From Clostridia bacterium (lineage in GTDB: Bacteria; Bacillota; Clostridia; UBA1381; UMGS1253), in NCBI GenBank assembly GCA_045546315.1, contig JAZQCN010000059.1:70494-134493 (forward strand): a DNA stretch of 64,000 nucleotides, given 5' to 3'. The notes below the pieces were generated by a model. It was not told the origin of the DNA and ran no database searches. It saw only the letters and a program-made list of their open reading frames with translations. Shown here one piece after another: positions 9,684 to 20,777 of the stretch (its first letter is position 1; every line of letters begins with the position of its first letter). Both the position numbers and the translations under genes were made by a program.

Positions 9684-10127
9684 TTATTTTTTCTTTTTGC
9701 GTTTTTTTGCCAATTTCTCCGGCGTGTGCTGTCCGGTCGCACCACCAATGCAGCCCGTCAAAACGCCGATGAGCATAAAAATGGCTGTGCGCACCGAAAA
9801 GGCAAACTGTGCAAACAAGAAATATGAGAAGATATACCAAAAAATATAATACAAAATACCAATGACCGCTCCAAATGCAAAGCCTTTTCCGGCCATTCCT
9901 CTCGCAGCAAGCTTTGCCCCGAAAAACAATGCCAGAAGCGCAAGCACCGTCGCAGCAGGGGCTACAAAGCTTTCGCCTACATTTCCGAAAAACAGTATCG
10001 CTGCGAAAGCAAGCAAAACGATAAAGGTAAGTCCGATTGCACAAAAAAGCCCCAAGAATGTACGCACGACATAGCGTTGCCAAACAGCCTTTGCTTCTTC
10101 CGTTCTTTCTGCCGCAATATTTTTCAT
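9684..10127 (-). CDS. small polytopic membrane protein with Lys-rich tail
   Basis: ORF 9684..10145, probable start MKNIAAE at 10127. About four hydrophobic helices. Ends ...EKLAKKRKKKK. Confidence 0.6.
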   Translation of the reverse strand: MKNIAAERTEEAKAVWQRYVVRTFLGLFCAIGLTFIVLLAFAAILFFGNVGESFVAPAATVLALLALFFGAKLAARGMAGKGFAFGAVIGILYYIFWYIFSYFLFAQFAFSVRTAIFMLIGVLTGCIGGATGQHTPEKLAKKRKKKK

Positions 10128-10168
10128 AAAAAAACCTCCGAGCACAGTATACTACACTGTATTCGGAG
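10128..10168 (-). terminator. intrinsic terminator after yajC
   Basis: Minus strand CTCCGA...TCGGAG hairpin followed by T7. The T-run abuts the next start codon. Confidence 0.5.
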
Positions 10169-10178
10169 ATTTGTTTTT

Positions 10179-10586
10179 TTATTCTTCTGTCTTTTCCGCT
10201 TCCTCAGCCGGCGCTTCAAGCTCTGCTACCGGAGCATCTTCTTCCTTTACCTCCGCCTTTTTAACAACATCGCGGATTGCCCACTTCGAAAAACGGATAA
10301 CGCTCTGCTCATTTGCATTACCAACCTTACCGGTCTGCAGGTAAACCTCGTCTTCCTTTACCTTTACAATTTTACCGATAATACCGCCGATGGTTGTAAT
10401 CACATCACCGACTGCAAGTGCAGCAAGCATTTCCTTTGTTTCCTTTTCCTTCTTGCGCTGCGGACGAATCATCATAAAATACATCAACAGCAAGAATACC
10501 ACCATAATAATAAGCGGGGAAAATGCACTTGTGTTTACTGTAGCGCCGCCTGCGGCTGCTTCTGCATACGCGATCATTAAAATCAA
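10179..10586 (-). CDS. yajC: preprotein translocase subunit YajC (with acidic C-terminal extension)
   Basis: FLLLMYFMMIRPQRKKEKETKEMLAALAVGDVITTIGGIIGKIVKV is the YajC signature. Confidence 0.85.
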   Translation of the reverse strand: MILMIAYAEAAAGGATVNTSAFSPLIIMVVFLLLMYFMMIRPQRKKEKETKEMLAALAVGDVITTIGGIIGKIVKVKEDEVYLQTGKVGNANEQSVIRFSKWAIRDVVKKAEVKEEDAPVAELEAPAEEAEKTEE

Positions 10587-10641
10587 CTCTCCATTCTACC
10601 TTATTCTGGTTTTCTTATTTATGTTTGCACATATTGCTATA

Positions 10642-10670
10642 ATTATACAACACTTCTTTCTTTTTTGCAA
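10642..10670 (-). promoter_or_regulatory. sigma-A promoter of yajC
   Basis: Minus strand TTGCAA-17 nt-TATAAT. Confidence 0.5.
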
Positions 10671-10702
10671 TACAAAATGGAAAAAAAGGCGGCGGATACA
10701 AA

Positions 10703-10731
10703 TTGACACACCTGCCTTCCTGTGATAAAAT
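10703..10731 (+). promoter_or_regulatory. sigma-A promoter of the 10768 gene
   Basis: TTGACA-17 nt-TAAAAT with a TGA extended -10. Confidence 0.55.
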
Positions 10732-10767
10732 AATTCCATACATTATTTACATAAGGGGCGAAGGAAT

Positions 10768-12147
10768 TTGAAAAAAATTCTTTGTACGGTTTTATCTTTT
10801 TTAATGCTTTTTTCCTGCATTGCACATGCCGAGGAAAGCTTCCTTTATTTCTATTCGGGCAATATGTCCGTTTCAGCGCCAATTGATGCAAACAATATCG
10901 CCAAGCTTGGCGATGTATACTACGCCAGTGATGCGCAGGGCCGCCTGATGTGGACGCAGTTTTTTGGCGAATGGCTCCCCTCTGCGACTGCCCCAATCGG
11001 CTGCAAAGTGCTGACAACAAAGCGCACGGATGCGGACAAGCTTTTGATTTATGCAGATACCGTTTTGTATGTTTCCTATGACGGCAGCACCTTTACGCCG
11101 GTACATACCTTTGCGACAGACGCCGTTCTGCGTTATACCTGCGGTATGTATACAGCGGTAAATCAAGTAGAAAACGGCTTTAATCTGCAATACAGCTTCG
11201 ACGGCATTACTTGGCACACCTTCCCGCAAACGCTCAGTGCCACAACATTCTCCGTGCTGCAGGTCAATGCCACACAGTTTGCGCTTCGCGGTGTACAAAC
11301 TACAGAGGGAAAACAAGATGTGCTTATAAATACCGCCTATCCCGAGGTGTGCACCTTTTATGAAAACTTAGTCTATGACATCGGCTCGGACAGCTGGATT
11401 GATAATCCTTTATATACAGGGGCAACACTTGTTTATGCAAGCAATCCGGCAGCAAATAAGTTTTTGTATGTTTACCGCGAGGAAAAACAGAACAACTGTA
11501 CCTACCAAACCATCCGCAAAGAAAATGGCGAAATTACAGCCTGGAACACACTGGTGGCAGACAAATCCATGCAGCTGTATGTGTACGGCGAACTGGTCTG
11601 CCTCGCCAAAAACGGCAAAAGCTTAAATCTGGTAAACTATGGCAATAGCTGGGTGCAAGTCACGGAAGACATTGCCTTTCCGCTGATTCAAAATGCTTAT
11701 AACCTGACCGGCGATATTTTCTTCGATTTCGGCTACACCTCAAAATACTACTGCCTAAACAATAACAATATGCCACTCGATCGCTCCGGCATTGAAATTA
11801 TTTTAAAGGATCAGTATCTCGCTTTTGACAGTGCACCGCAGATTATCAACAACCGCACAATGGTGCCGGTGCGCGCCATTGCAGAAGCACTCGGCTGTAT
11901 CGTTGACTTTAACAATGAGACCAAGCAAATCGGCATTGTGCGCCAGGACGGCGCTGCGCTGTATATGACACTCGGCTCGGATAAGGCAACCTTCGTTTGG
12001 GCAAACGGTGTAAGCACGCAAATATCTTTAGATGCCGCCCCGGTAATCTACGATGACCGCACACTTGTGCCGCTGCGTTTTGTTTGCGAAAGCTTTGATT
12101 TAAAAACAGACTGGCTTGAGGACACAAAAACAGTTATCTTAAAATAG
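10768..12147 (+). CDS. secreted protein with C-terminal copper-amine-oxidase-N-terminal-like (stalk) domain
   Basis: TTG start. Signal peptide MKKILCTVLSFLMLFSCIAHA. C-terminus NNRTMVPVRAIAEALG...YDDRTLVPLRFVCESF is the Cu_amine_oxidN1 repeat pattern. Confidence 0.65.
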   Translation: MKKILCTVLSFLMLFSCIAHAEESFLYFYSGNMSVSAPIDANNIAKLGDVYYASDAQGRLMWTQFFGEWLPSATAPIGCKVLTTKRTDADKLLIYADTVLYVSYDGSTFTPVHTFATDAVLRYTCGMYTAVNQVENGFNLQYSFDGITWHTFPQTLSATTFSVLQVNATQFALRGVQTTEGKQDVLINTAYPEVCTFYENLVYDIGSDSWIDNPLYTGATLVYASNPAANKFLYVYREEKQNNCTYQTIRKENGEITAWNTLVADKSMQLYVYGELVCLAKNGKSLNLVNYGNSWVQVTEDIAFPLIQNAYNLTGDIFFDFGYTSKYYCLNNNNMPLDRSGIEIILKDQYLAFDSAPQIINNRTMVPVRAIAEALGCIVDFNNETKQIGIVRQDGAALYMTLGSDKATFVWANGVSTQISLDAAPVIYDDRTLVPLRFVCESFDLKTDWLEDTKTVILK

Positions 12148-12155
12148 AATCAATC

Positions 12156-12188
12156 AAAACGCCCTTGCCGACGGCAAGGGCGTTTTTT
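12156..12188 (+). terminator. intrinsic terminator
   Basis: CGCCCTTGCCG-A-CGGCAAGGGCG followed by T6. Confidence 0.7.
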
Positions 12189-12200
12189 CATACACTTACA

Positions 12201-12247
12201 CGCAAAAAGACTCCGCTTCCGAAGAAACGGAGTCTTTTATTTTTTTA
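12201..12247 (-). terminator. intrinsic terminator after rpoC (hairpin has T-runs on both strands)
   Basis: AAAAGACTCCG...CGGAGTCTTTT hairpin immediately downstream of the rpoC stop. Confidence 0.65.
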
Positions 12248-12248
12248 A

Positions 12249-15200
12249 TTAGCCAATCAGCTCACTGCTCTTTGCAAAGGCTGCATCGAACGCATCGCTC
12301 ATTGCTGTGCTTTCGCCCTCGGCGCGAACATCAATGTCACGGTAGAGACTCATACCGGTACCTGCCGGAACAAGCTTACCGATAATAACATTTTCCTTCA
12401 AGCCAAGCAGCGGGTCAACCTTACCCTTGATGGCTGCTTCTGTAAGAACACGCGTTGTTTCCTGGAAGGAAGCGGCAGACAGGAAGGAATCTGTTGCCAG
12501 AGAAGCCTTGGTAATACCCAGCAGAACAACGCTTGCGGTTGCTTCTGCCTTGCCCTCGGCTCTTGCCTTCTCGTTGGCTGCTTCTAACTCAAACATATCA
12601 ATCAGGCTGCCCATCAACAAATCTGTTCCACCGGCTTCTTCCACCTTCACCTTACGCATCATCTGACGCGCAATAACTTCGATATGCTTATCGGAAATAT
12701 CAACACCCTGCAGACGGTATACACGCTGAACTTCCTGTGTTAGGTAGCTCTGTACGGCATCTGCACCCTTAATCTTCAGGATATCATGCGGGTTGATGGA
12801 ACCGAAGGTCAACGGCTGACCTGCTTCGATTTCTTCACCCTCTGTAACCTTGATTCTCGCATCATACGGAATTACATAGGTCTGGGTTTCCGCAATCGTG
12901 TCGTTGGTTACTGTAATCTCGCGGCGCTTCTTGTTTTCGGAAATGCTTACCTTACCTGCAATTTCGGAAACAATCGCTACGCCCTTCGGCTTTCTTGCCT
13001 CAAACAATTCCTCGACACGCGGCAGACCCTGCGTAATATCGTCACCGGCAACACCACCACTGTGGAAGGTACGCATCGTAAGCTGTGTACCCGGCTCACC
13101 GATGGACTGTGCTGCAATGATACCAACGGCTTCACCCACCGGAACCGGATCGCCGGTTGCAAGGTTTGCACCATAGCAGTGTGCACACACACCAATCGGG
13201 GACTTACAGGTAAGAATGCTGCGAATGCATACTTCTGTTACGCCTGCATCCAGAATCTTAGCAACTTCGGCATCGCCCATGAGCACGCCCTTGTCCACAA
13301 GCACTTCACCTGTTTCCGGATGGCATACTGCTTCATGCGTATATCTGCCTAAGAGTCTGTCCTTCAGCGGCTCGATTTCTTCCTTGCCGTCGACAATTGC
13401 ACTAACAACCATACCCTTGGTTGTGCCGCAATCCTCTTCGCGGATAATTACATCCTGGCTGACATCAACGAGACGACGCGTGAGGTAACCGGAGTCGGCT
13501 GTACGCAGCGCCGTATCGGCAAGACCCTTACGCGCACCGTGCGTAGAAATGAAGTACTCAAGTACATTCAAGCCCTCACGGAAGTTTGCACGAATCGGAA
13601 TTTCCACCGCCTTACCGGAGGTGTTTGCCATAAGACCACGCATACCTGCCAGCTGACGAATCTGGTTAACACTACCGCGGGCACCGGAGTGCGCCATCAT
13701 ATAAATCGGGTTGAGTGCATCCAGGTTATCCATCAGCGCCTTGGTTACACGGTCACTGGTTTCTGTCCAAACCTTGATAATTGCATCGTATCTTTCGTTA
13801 TCGTCAAGCATACCACGACGGTACTGCTTCATAATCTTATCAACCTGCTCTTCAGCCTCAGCAAGGAACTGCTTCTTCTCTTCCGGCACCTTGATATCGT
13901 CTACGCTGACGGTAATTGCACCCTGGGTAGAGAACTTGAAGCCTAAAGACTTAATGTCGTCAAGCACGGTTGCTGTCTCGGTAAAGCCGTGTACACGGAT
14001 ACATCTGTCGATGATAATACCGAGCTGCTTTTTCGTTGCCAGCTTTGTAAACTCAAGCTCGAACGCATTGTCCGGGTTGCTTCTGTCTACAAAACCGAGA
14101 TCCTGCGGCAGCTTTTCGTTGAAAATAAGCTGACCAACGGTTGCATTGATGGTCTTATGCTTTATCTCGCCGTCGATTTCCTTTTCTACGCGCACCTTAA
14201 TCTTTGCGTGCAGGGAAACAACGCCGTTTCTGTAAGCCATAAGCGCTTCATCCATGCTGGAAAATACCTTGCCTTCACCCGGTTCGCCATCCTTAACGAG
14301 TGTTAAGTAGTAGCTACCGAGGACCATATCCTGTGTCGGTACGGTTACCGGCTTACCGTCCTGCGGCTTTAAGAGGTTGTTTGCAGAAAGCATCAAGAAA
14401 CGCGCTCCTGCCTGTGGCTCCGGCGCCAGCGGTACATGTACAGCCATCTGGCCACCGAAGAAGTCGGCGTTGTAAGCAGTACATACAAGCGGATGGAGCT
14501 TTAATGCTCTGCCGTCAACAAGTACCGGCTCGAATGCCTGGATACCGAGTCTGTGCAGTGTCGGCGCACGATTAAGCAGTACCGGATGCTCCTTGATTAC
14601 CTCTTCGAGCACATCCCAGATTTCCGGACGCAGTCTTTCAACCATACGCTTTGCACTCTTGATGTTATGCGCAAGGCCGTCACCAACCAAACGCTTCATT
14701 ACAAACGGCTTAAACAGCTCGATTGCCATTTCCTTCGGCAGACCGCACTGATAAAGCTTTAATTCCGGACCGACAACGATAACAGAACGGCCGGAGTAGT
14801 CAACACGCTTACCCAAAAGGTTCTGACGGAAACGACCCTGCTTACCCTTGAGCATATCGGACAAGGACTTAAGCGCACGGTTGCCCGGGCCGGTTACCGG
14901 ACGGCCTCTGCGGCCGTTATCGATTAAGGCATCTACTGCCTCCTGGAGCATTCTTTTCTCGTTACGAACGATGATGTCCGGCGCGTGCAGATCCAAAAGT
15001 CTCTTCAAACGGTTGTTTCTGTTAATTACACGGCGATACAAGTCGTATAAGTCGCTCGTTGCGAAACGGCCACCGTCTAATTGTACCATCGGGCGAAGCT
15101 CCGGCGGAATGACCGGTACTGCATCCATAATCATCCATTCCGGCTTATTCCCGGAAAGGCGGAAGGCCTCAACTGCCTCCAAGCGCTTTACGATACGGAT

Positions 15201-15809
15201 TTTTTTCTGACCCTGTGCATTTTCAAGCTCTTCCTTCAGCTCGCTGGAAAGTGCTTCCAAATCAATCTTCTGCAAAAGCTCTTTTACAGCCTCAGCACCC
15301 ATACCTGCCTTAAAGCTGTCGCCGTATTTTTCTACGCATTCTCTGTAGTCCTTCTCCGAAAGAATGGACTTTTCCAAAAGACCCGTTTCACCTGCATCGA
15401 TTACTACATAAGCAGCAAAGTAGAGCACCTGCTCCAATACCTTCGGCGACATATCCAGCATCAAGCCCATTCTCGACGGAATGCCCTTGAAATACCAAAT
15501 ATGGGACACCGGTGTAGCCAGCTCAATGTGGCCCATTCTTTCACGGCGCACCTTTGCGCGGGTTACCTCAACGCCGCACTTGTCGCAGACGATACCCTTA
15601 TAACGAACCTTCTTATACTTACCGCAGTGACATTCCCAGTCGCGCTGCGGTCCAAAGATTTTTTCGCAAAACAGACCGTCACGCTCAGGCTTTAATGTTC
15701 TGTAGTTAATTGTTTCCGGCTTTTTAACCTCACCGTAGGACCATTCTCTGATCTTTTCCGGAGATGCCAAGCCAATTTTTATCGCGTCAAATGTTGTGAA
15801 TTCCAACAC
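12249..15809 (-). CDS. rpoC: DNA-directed RNA polymerase subunit beta'
   Basis: 1186 aa. Zn-finger [23 protein letters not shown] and the active-site region (YNADFFGGQ here, where I expected the NADFDGD motif). Confidence 0.97.
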   Translation of the reverse strand: MLEFTTFDAIKIGLASPEKIREWSYGEVKKPETINYRTLKPERDGLFCEKIFGPQRDWECHCGKYKKVRYKGIVCDKCGVEVTRAKVRRERMGHIELATPVSHIWYFKGIPSRMGLMLDMSPKVLEQVLYFAAYVVIDAGETGLLEKSILSEKDYRECVEKYGDSFKAGMGAEAVKELLQKIDLEALSSELKEELENAQGQKKIRIVKRLEAVEAFRLSGNKPEWMIMDAVPVIPPELRPMVQLDGGRFATSDLYDLYRRVINRNNRLKRLLDLHAPDIIVRNEKRMLQEAVDALIDNGRRGRPVTGPGNRALKSLSDMLKGKQGRFRQNLLGKRVDYSGRSVIVVGPELKLYQCGLPKEMAIELFKPFVMKRLVGDGLAHNIKSAKRMVERLRPEIWDVLEEVIKEHPVLLNRAPTLHRLGIQAFEPVLVDGRALKLHPLVCTAYNADFFGGQMAVHVPLAPEPQAGARFLMLSANNLLKPQDGKPVTVPTQDMVLGSYYLTLVKDGEPGEGKVFSSMDEALMAYRNGVVSLHAKIKVRVEKEIDGEIKHKTINATVGQLIFNEKLPQDLGFVDRSNPDNAFELEFTKLATKKQLGIIIDRCIRVHGFTETATVLDDIKSLGFKFSTQGAITVSVDDIKVPEEKKQFLAEAEEQVDKIMKQYRRGMLDDNERYDAIIKVWTETSDRVTKALMDNLDALNPIYMMAHSGARGSVNQIRQLAGMRGLMANTSGKAVEIPIRANFREGLNVLEYFISTHGARKGLADTALRTADSGYLTRRLVDVSQDVIIREEDCGTTKGMVVSAIVDGKEEIEPLKDRLLGRYTHEAVCHPETGEVLVDKGVLMGDAEVAKILDAGVTEVCIRSILTCKSPIGVCAHCYGANLATGDPVPVGEAVGIIAAQSIGEPGTQLTMRTFHSGGVAGDDITQGLPRVEELFEARKPKGVAIVSEIAGKVSISENKKRREITVTNDTIAETQTYVIPYDARIKVTEGEEIEAGQPLTFGSINPHDILKIKGADAVQSYLTQEVQRVYRLQGVDISDKHIEVIARQMMRKVKVEEAGGTDLLMGSLIDMFELEAANEKARAEGKAEATASVVLLGITKASLATDSFLSAASFQETTRVLTEAAIKGKVDPLLGLKENVIIGKLVPAGTGMSLYRDIDVRAEGESTAMSDAFDAAFAKSSELIG

Positions 15810-15851
15810 AAAAACCTCCTTAACAAAATTGGATTTTAATTTGCAAATGAA

Positions 15852-18800
15852 TTAGTTGTCATCATCTGCGAGCGCGTCTAAGTCCTCGATAACATCGTCA
15901 TCGAAGTCTTCAACCGGCTCTGCCTCGAGAATATCATCGTCGAGATCGTCGAGCAAATCCAAATCGTCATCGTCTAATTCGAGCGGACTGGTGCCGTCAT
16001 CGTCTGCTTCTTCAAACTCAAATGCAGCATCCTCGTCAAGGTCAGCGCTTTCCGGCTTGTATGCGGAAGAAGAAGCCGCATTCGGATTCACGCCGTCCTC
16101 ATTACCCTCGATATTAACGCTGAGCGGCGCTACGCCGTCATCATCGGAGTACTGTCCGAGGTCAACCTCGTTGCCGTCCTTATCAAGCACATTGACATCC
16201 AGCGCAAGGCTCTGCAATTCCTTGATAAGTACCTTGAAGGATTCCGGAATACCCGGCTCCGGCACATTTTCACCCTTGACAATCGATTCATAGGTCTTAA
16301 CACGGCCGACAACATCGTCCGACTTCACGGTCAGGATTTCCTGCAGCGTGTAAGCCGCACCGTATGCCTCGAGTGCCCAAACCTCCATTTCACCGAATCT
16401 CTGACCGCCGAACTGCGCTTTACCGCCGAGCGGCTGCTGCGTTACGAGCGAGTAAGGACCGGTGGAACGAGCGTGAATCTTATCGTCAACCAAGTGATGG
16501 AGCTTCAAATAATACATATAACCAACGGTTACACGGTTGTCAAACGGTTCACCCGTACGACCATCATAAAGCACGGTCTTACCGTCAGCATCATAGCCTG
16601 CATCCACTAAGCACTTGCGGATATCTTCCTCGTTTGCGCCGTCGAATACAGGTGTTGCAATCTTCCAGCCGAGCGCCTTTGCTGCATAACCTAAATGCAC
16701 CTCAAGCACCTGACCGATGTTCATACGCGAAGGTACGCCGAGCGGATTTAACACGATATCAAGCGGTGTACCGTCCGGCAAAAACGGCATATCCTCTTCC
16801 GGAAGAATTCTGGAAATAACACCCTTGTTACCATGACGGCCGGCCATCTTATCGCCGACAGAAATCTTACGGCGCTGCGCAATATAGCAGCGTACCAGCT
16901 CGTTTACACCCGGCGGCAGCTCGTCGCAGTTGTCGCGGGTAAATACCTTAACATCAACAATGATGCCGGCTTCACCGTGCGGCACACGCAGGGATGTGTC
17001 ACGAACTTCTCTTGCCTTTTCACCAAAGATTGCACGGAGCAGTCTTTCTTCTGCTGTCAGCTCGGTTTCACCCTTCGGTGTTACCTTACCAACCAGAATA
17101 TCTCCCGCGCGAACCTCTGCACCGATGCGGATGATACCGCGCTCGTCCAAATCGCGGAGTGCATCCTCGCCGACATTCGGAATGTCGCGCGTGATTTCTT
17201 CCGGTCCGAGCTTTGTATCTCTTGCATCTGCTTCGTACTCTTCAATATGAATCGATGTGTAAACATCGTCACGAACAAGTCTTTCGTTTAAGAGAACAGC
17301 ATCCTCGTAGTTGTAGCCTTCCCAGGTCATAAAGCCGATGAGGGCATTTTTACCCAGGGAAATTTCACCGTTTGCCGTCGACGGACCGTCGGCAATGATG
17401 TCGCCCTTCTTAACCTTTTCGCCTTCCGCAACAATCGGGCGCTGGTTGATACAGGTGCCCTGGTTGGAGCGCAAGAACTTCAAGAGCTTATGGCGCTCAA
17501 GCTCGCCGCTCTTTGTTTTAATTACGATTTCCTCTGCGCTGACCTTTTCAACAACACCATCGTTTGCTGCAAGGACAACAACACCGGAATCCTTAGCTGC
17601 CTTATATTCCATACCGGTACCGACAATCGGCGCCTCCGTACGGATCAGCGGCACTGCCTGACGCTGCATGTTCGAACCCATGAGGGCACGGTTTGCGTCG
17701 TCGTTTTCAAGGAACGGAATCATCGAGGTCGCAATGGAAACAAGCTGTCTCGGCGATACATCCATGTAATCAATTTCAGCCGGAGATACTTCCACGAAGT
17801 CGTTTAAGTATCTTGCTGTAATCTTCTTATCGATAAACTTACCGTTTTTATCAAGCGGCTCGTTTGCCTGCGCGATAATGAGACCATCCTCCATATCGGC
17901 AGTCATATATACAACCTCATCCGTTACAACACCGGTCTTTTTATCTACATAGCGATAAGGCGACTCAATAAAACCGTACTCGTTGATGCGTGCAAACGAG
18001 GACAGCGAGGAAATCAAACCGATGTTCGGACCTTCCGGAGACTCAATCGGACACATACGACCATAGTGCGTATAGTGTACGTCACGCACCTCAAAGCCCG
18101 CTCTTTCTCTCGAAAGACCGCCCGGGCCGAGGGCAGAAAGTCTTCTCTTATGTGTCAGCTCTGCCAGCGGGTTTGTCTGATCCATAAACTGGGACAGCTG
18201 GGAGGAGCCAAAGAACTCTTTAATTGTCGACGAAACCGGACGGATGTTAATCAGCGTCTGCGGTGTAACAACATCTAAGTCCTGAATGTTCATGCGCTCG
18301 CGAACAACTCTCTCCATTCTGGAAAGACCGATACGCACCTGGTTTTGCAAAAGTTCACCTACGCAGCGCAGACGACGGTTACCCAAGTGGTCGATATCGT
18401 CCAAGCCGCCGATGCCGTTGCAAAGGTTATTGAAATAGTTGATGGAAGCAAACATATCGTCTACTAAGATATGCTTCGGCAACAGCTCTGCACGGCGTGC
18501 AACGAGTGCGCTTTCTACCGCTTCCTTATCGCCCAGCTTGCCCTCTGCTTCCAATGCAGCCAAAATTTCGTCAAGCACCGGCTTGTAAACCGTTGTGTGG
18601 AAGCCGAGTGCCTTCAAATAGCCTGCATTGTCCTCGTCGGACAGCTGTACATAGTTTTCAAGCTTAACCATGTTGTTCGAGAATACCACAACCTGCTTAC
18701 CGTCGAGGTCGAGGATAACACGGTTGATGCCGGCATCTTCGATTGCCTGTGCAGTTTCAACGCTCAATACATCGCCTGCACTTGCCAAAAGCTCGCCGTC

Positions 18801-19685
18801 CTCTGTAACAACATTTTCAAACAGCTTCTGACCCTTGATACGCTTTGCAAGCGCAACCTTCTGGTTGAACTTGAAACGACCGACCTTTGCAAGGTCGTAG
18901 CGCTTCGGATCAAAGAACATATTCATAATCAGCGATGTAGCACTTTCTACATTCGCCGGCTCGCCCGGACGCAGCTTCTTGTAAATTTCAATGAGCGCTT
19001 CCTCGCGGTTGGTGTTGTCCTTTTCCATGGTCACCTTCAGGCGCTCATCGTCACCGAACAGCTCCAAAATCTGCGTATTGGTCTCGCAGCCCATTGCGCG
19101 AATCAGTGTCGTAACCGGTAGCTTTCTTGTTCTGTCGATACGAACAGAGAATACATCGTTTACATCGATGTCATACTCGAGCCAAGCGCCACGGTACGGG
19201 ATAACGGTCGAGTTAAACAGCTCCTTACCGGACTTATCGTGCTCCATACCGTAGTACATACCCGGGGAACGAACGAGCTGGCTGACAACAACGCGCTCTG
19301 CACCGTTGATAATAAATGTACCTTGATCGGTCATCAGCGGGAATTCACCCATGTAAATTTCCTGCTCTTTTACCTCGCCCGTTTCCTTGTTAATCAGGCG
19401 CACCTTTACACGAAGGGCAGCGGAATAGTTTGTGTCGCGCTCCTTACACTCCTCCACGGAGTACTTCGGTGTGGAATCGAGGGTGTAGTCGATAAATTCA
19501 AGCACCAGATTGCCGGTATAGTCGGTAATCGGCGAAACATCCTCAAATACTTCTTTGAGGCCCTCTTCAAAGAACCAGTCGTACGAATTCTTCTGAATTT
19601 CAATCAGATTCGGCATTTCGATTGGCTCTTTAATTTTTGAAAAACTCATGCGTTTGTTCTTACCAAGAGTTATTTCATGTGGCAT
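15852..19685 (-). CDS. rpoB: DNA-directed RNA polymerase subunit beta
   Basis: ORF 15852..19691. The second ATG (19685) has better spacing to SD GAGGTGA. Conserved RpoB blocks throughout; long acidic C-terminal tail. Confidence 0.97.
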   Translation of the reverse strand: MPHEITLGKNKRMSFSKIKEPIEMPNLIEIQKNSYDWFFEEGLKEVFEDVSPITDYTGNLVLEFIDYTLDSTPKYSVEECKERDTNYSAALRVKVRLINKETGEVKEQEIYMGEFPLMTDQGTFIINGAERVVVSQLVRSPGMYYGMEHDKSGKELFNSTVIPYRGAWLEYDIDVNDVFSVRIDRTRKLPVTTLIRAMGCETNTQILELFGDDERLKVTMEKDNTNREEALIEIYKKLRPGEPANVESATSLIMNMFFDPKRYDLAKVGRFKFNQKVALAKRIKGQKLFENVVTEDGELLASAGDVLSVETAQAIEDAGINRVILDLDGKQVVVFSNNMVKLENYVQLSDEDNAGYLKALGFHTTVYKPVLDEILAALEAEGKLGDKEAVESALVARRAELLPKHILVDDMFASINYFNNLCNGIGGLDDIDHLGNRRLRCVGELLQNQVRIGLSRMERVVRERMNIQDLDVVTPQTLINIRPVSSTIKEFFGSSQLSQFMDQTNPLAELTHKRRLSALGPGGLSRERAGFEVRDVHYTHYGRMCPIESPEGPNIGLISSLSSFARINEYGFIESPYRYVDKKTGVVTDEVVYMTADMEDGLIIAQANEPLDKNGKFIDKKITARYLNDFVEVSPAEIDYMDVSPRQLVSIATSMIPFLENDDANRALMGSNMQRQAVPLIRTEAPIVGTGMEYKAAKDSGVVVLAANDGVVEKVSAEEIVIKTKSGELERHKLLKFLRSNQGTCINQRPIVAEGEKVKKGDIIADGPSTANGEISLGKNALIGFMTWEGYNYEDAVLLNERLVRDDVYTSIHIEEYEADARDTKLGPEEITRDIPNVGEDALRDLDERGIIRIGAEVRAGDILVGKVTPKGETELTAEERLLRAIFGEKAREVRDTSLRVPHGEAGIIVDVKVFTRDNCDELPPGVNELVRCYIAQRRKISVGDKMAGRHGNKGVISRILPEEDMPFLPDGTPLDIVLNPLGVPSRMNIGQVLEVHLGYAAKALGWKIATPVFDGANEEDIRKCLVDAGYDADGKTVLYDGRTGEPFDNRVTVGYMYYLKLHHLVDDKIHARSTGPYSLVTQQPLGGKAQFGGQRFGEMEVWALEAYGAAYTLQEILTVKSDDVVGRVKTYESIVKGENVPEPGIPESFKVLIKELQSLALDVNVLDKDGNEVDLGQYSDDDGVAPLSVNIEGNEDGVNPNAASSSAYKPESADLDEDAAFEFEEADDDGTSPLELDDDDLDLLDDLDDDILEAEPVEDFDDDVIEDLDALADDDN

Positions 19686-19937
19686 CTGCATATCACCTCA
19701 TCGTAAATTTTTGCAGAAATTTTGCCTAAGTAGAACTGAAAGGCAATTTGCCTGTAGTTCACACGGGCTCGTCTGTCAGGAGTGAAAGAGGCCTGAGCTC
19801 AGCTTCCGGTGCAAAATACAGACGCACATCCGGCGGCGCTTCTGCGCATCGCGCTGCCGCGTGCTATGCTTTCACAATTTACAAAAATAAGCAGAAAAAA
19901 CACAATATTTTGTGGAAAAAATTTTTTCACATACTAC

Positions 19938-19966
19938 TTGCATTTTCCTGTATGCTGTGTTATAAT
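19938..19966 (+). promoter_or_regulatory. sigma-A promoter reading toward the HAD/M14 genes
   Basis: TTGCAT-17 nt-TATAAT with a TGT extended -10. Confidence 0.55.
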
Positions 19967-20029
19967 GCAATCAAGCTGAAAAGCCTAAGGGGCATTTCTC
20001 GCTCATTTTACCTTATAATACAACATATG

Positions 20030-20058
20030 ATTATATAATAAACAAATGGCGAAGTCAA
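20030..20058 (-). promoter_or_regulatory. sigma-A promoter of rpoBC (about 340-nt leader)
   Basis: Minus strand TTGACT-17 nt-TATAAT. No ribosomal protein genes lie upstream, so rpoBC needs its own promoter. Confidence 0.55.
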
Positions 20059-20098
20059 GGGTTTTTCAAAAAAATTCCTTGACTTTTTATAATTTTTT
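20052..20098 (+). terminator. leader hairpin plus U-tract between the 19938 promoter and the HAD gene
   Basis: AAGTCAAGG-16 nt (T5/A5-rich, can extend the stem)-CCTTGACTT followed by TTTATAATTTTTT, ending 15 nt before the ATG at 20113. Confidence 0.4.
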
Positions 20099-20112
20099 CG
20101 GAGGTTTTGTAT

Positions 20113-20757
20113 ATGAAGAAAGCAGTCATCTTTGATCTGGACGGAACATTGTCCAATACTATAGATACCATTGCCTATTTTGTCAATCTCGCTTTAGAAC
20201 ATTTCGGTTTTGCACCAATCGAAACCGAAAAATACAAATACCTTTGCGGCAACGGAGCAAAGCTGCTTATCGAGCGCTCGCTTAAAACCGTCGGTGCTTC
20301 GGCAGAATACTTTGATAAGGTTTACCCGTACTATGTCGAAGCGTACGACAAAGACTTTATGTTTTTAACCCGACCGTACGACGGCATCTTCGAAATGCTT
20401 GATGCCCTCAAAGCCAAAGGCATCAAAACCGCCGTGCTTACCAATAAGCCACATACGACCGCCTGCAAGGTCATCGAGGATTTGTTCGGCGATCGTATCC
20501 TGCTCTGCCGCGGCGTGAAGGACGACGGCATCACAAAGCCCGACCCGACCGGCGTGTATGAAATTATGGATACGCTGAAAGTAAACAAGGAAGACATACT
20601 CTATGTCGGCGATACAGGCACAGATATGGAAACCGGCAGAAACGCAGGTGTATTCACAGTCGGCGTCAGCTGGGGCTTTCGCAAAAGAGAAGAGCTTAAA
20701 GAAAACGGCGCCGATGTAATCATCGACCACCCTGCACAGCTGCTTGAACTATTATAA
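20113..20757 (+). CDS. HAD-superfamily hydrolase (phosphoglycolate phosphatase-like)
   Basis: MKKAVIFDLDGTLSNT (DxDGT motif I), LTNK motif II region, GDTGTDMETGRNAG motif. Confidence 0.8.
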   Translation: MKKAVIFDLDGTLSNTIDTIAYFVNLALEHFGFAPIETEKYKYLCGNGAKLLIERSLKTVGASAEYFDKVYPYYVEAYDKDFMFLTRPYDGIFEMLDALKAKGIKTAVLTNKPHTTACKVIEDLFGDRILLCRGVKDDGITKPDPTGVYEIMDTLKVNKEDILYVGDTGTDMETGRNAGVFTVGVSWGFRKREELKENGADVIIDHPAQLLELL

Positions 20758-20777
20758 ATTGTAAGGAGAGACGCAAA

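Noticed and set aside
15852-16200. Roughly 110-aa highly acidic C-terminal tail of RpoB
   Set aside because: Acidic C-terminal tails on RpoB are common in Firmicutes (B. subtilis has a shorter one). This is a length variant and I did not treat it as novel.
12427-19640. Numerous 60-216-aa ORFs on the plus strand across rpoC/rpoB
   Set aside because: They are antisense to two unambiguous, highly conserved genes. They have low-complexity translations and no start signals.
19748-20038. 96-aa ORF in the rpoB upstream region
   Set aside because: TTG start without an SD. It spans two promoters and the GC-rich structured block, and its composition is non-protein-like.
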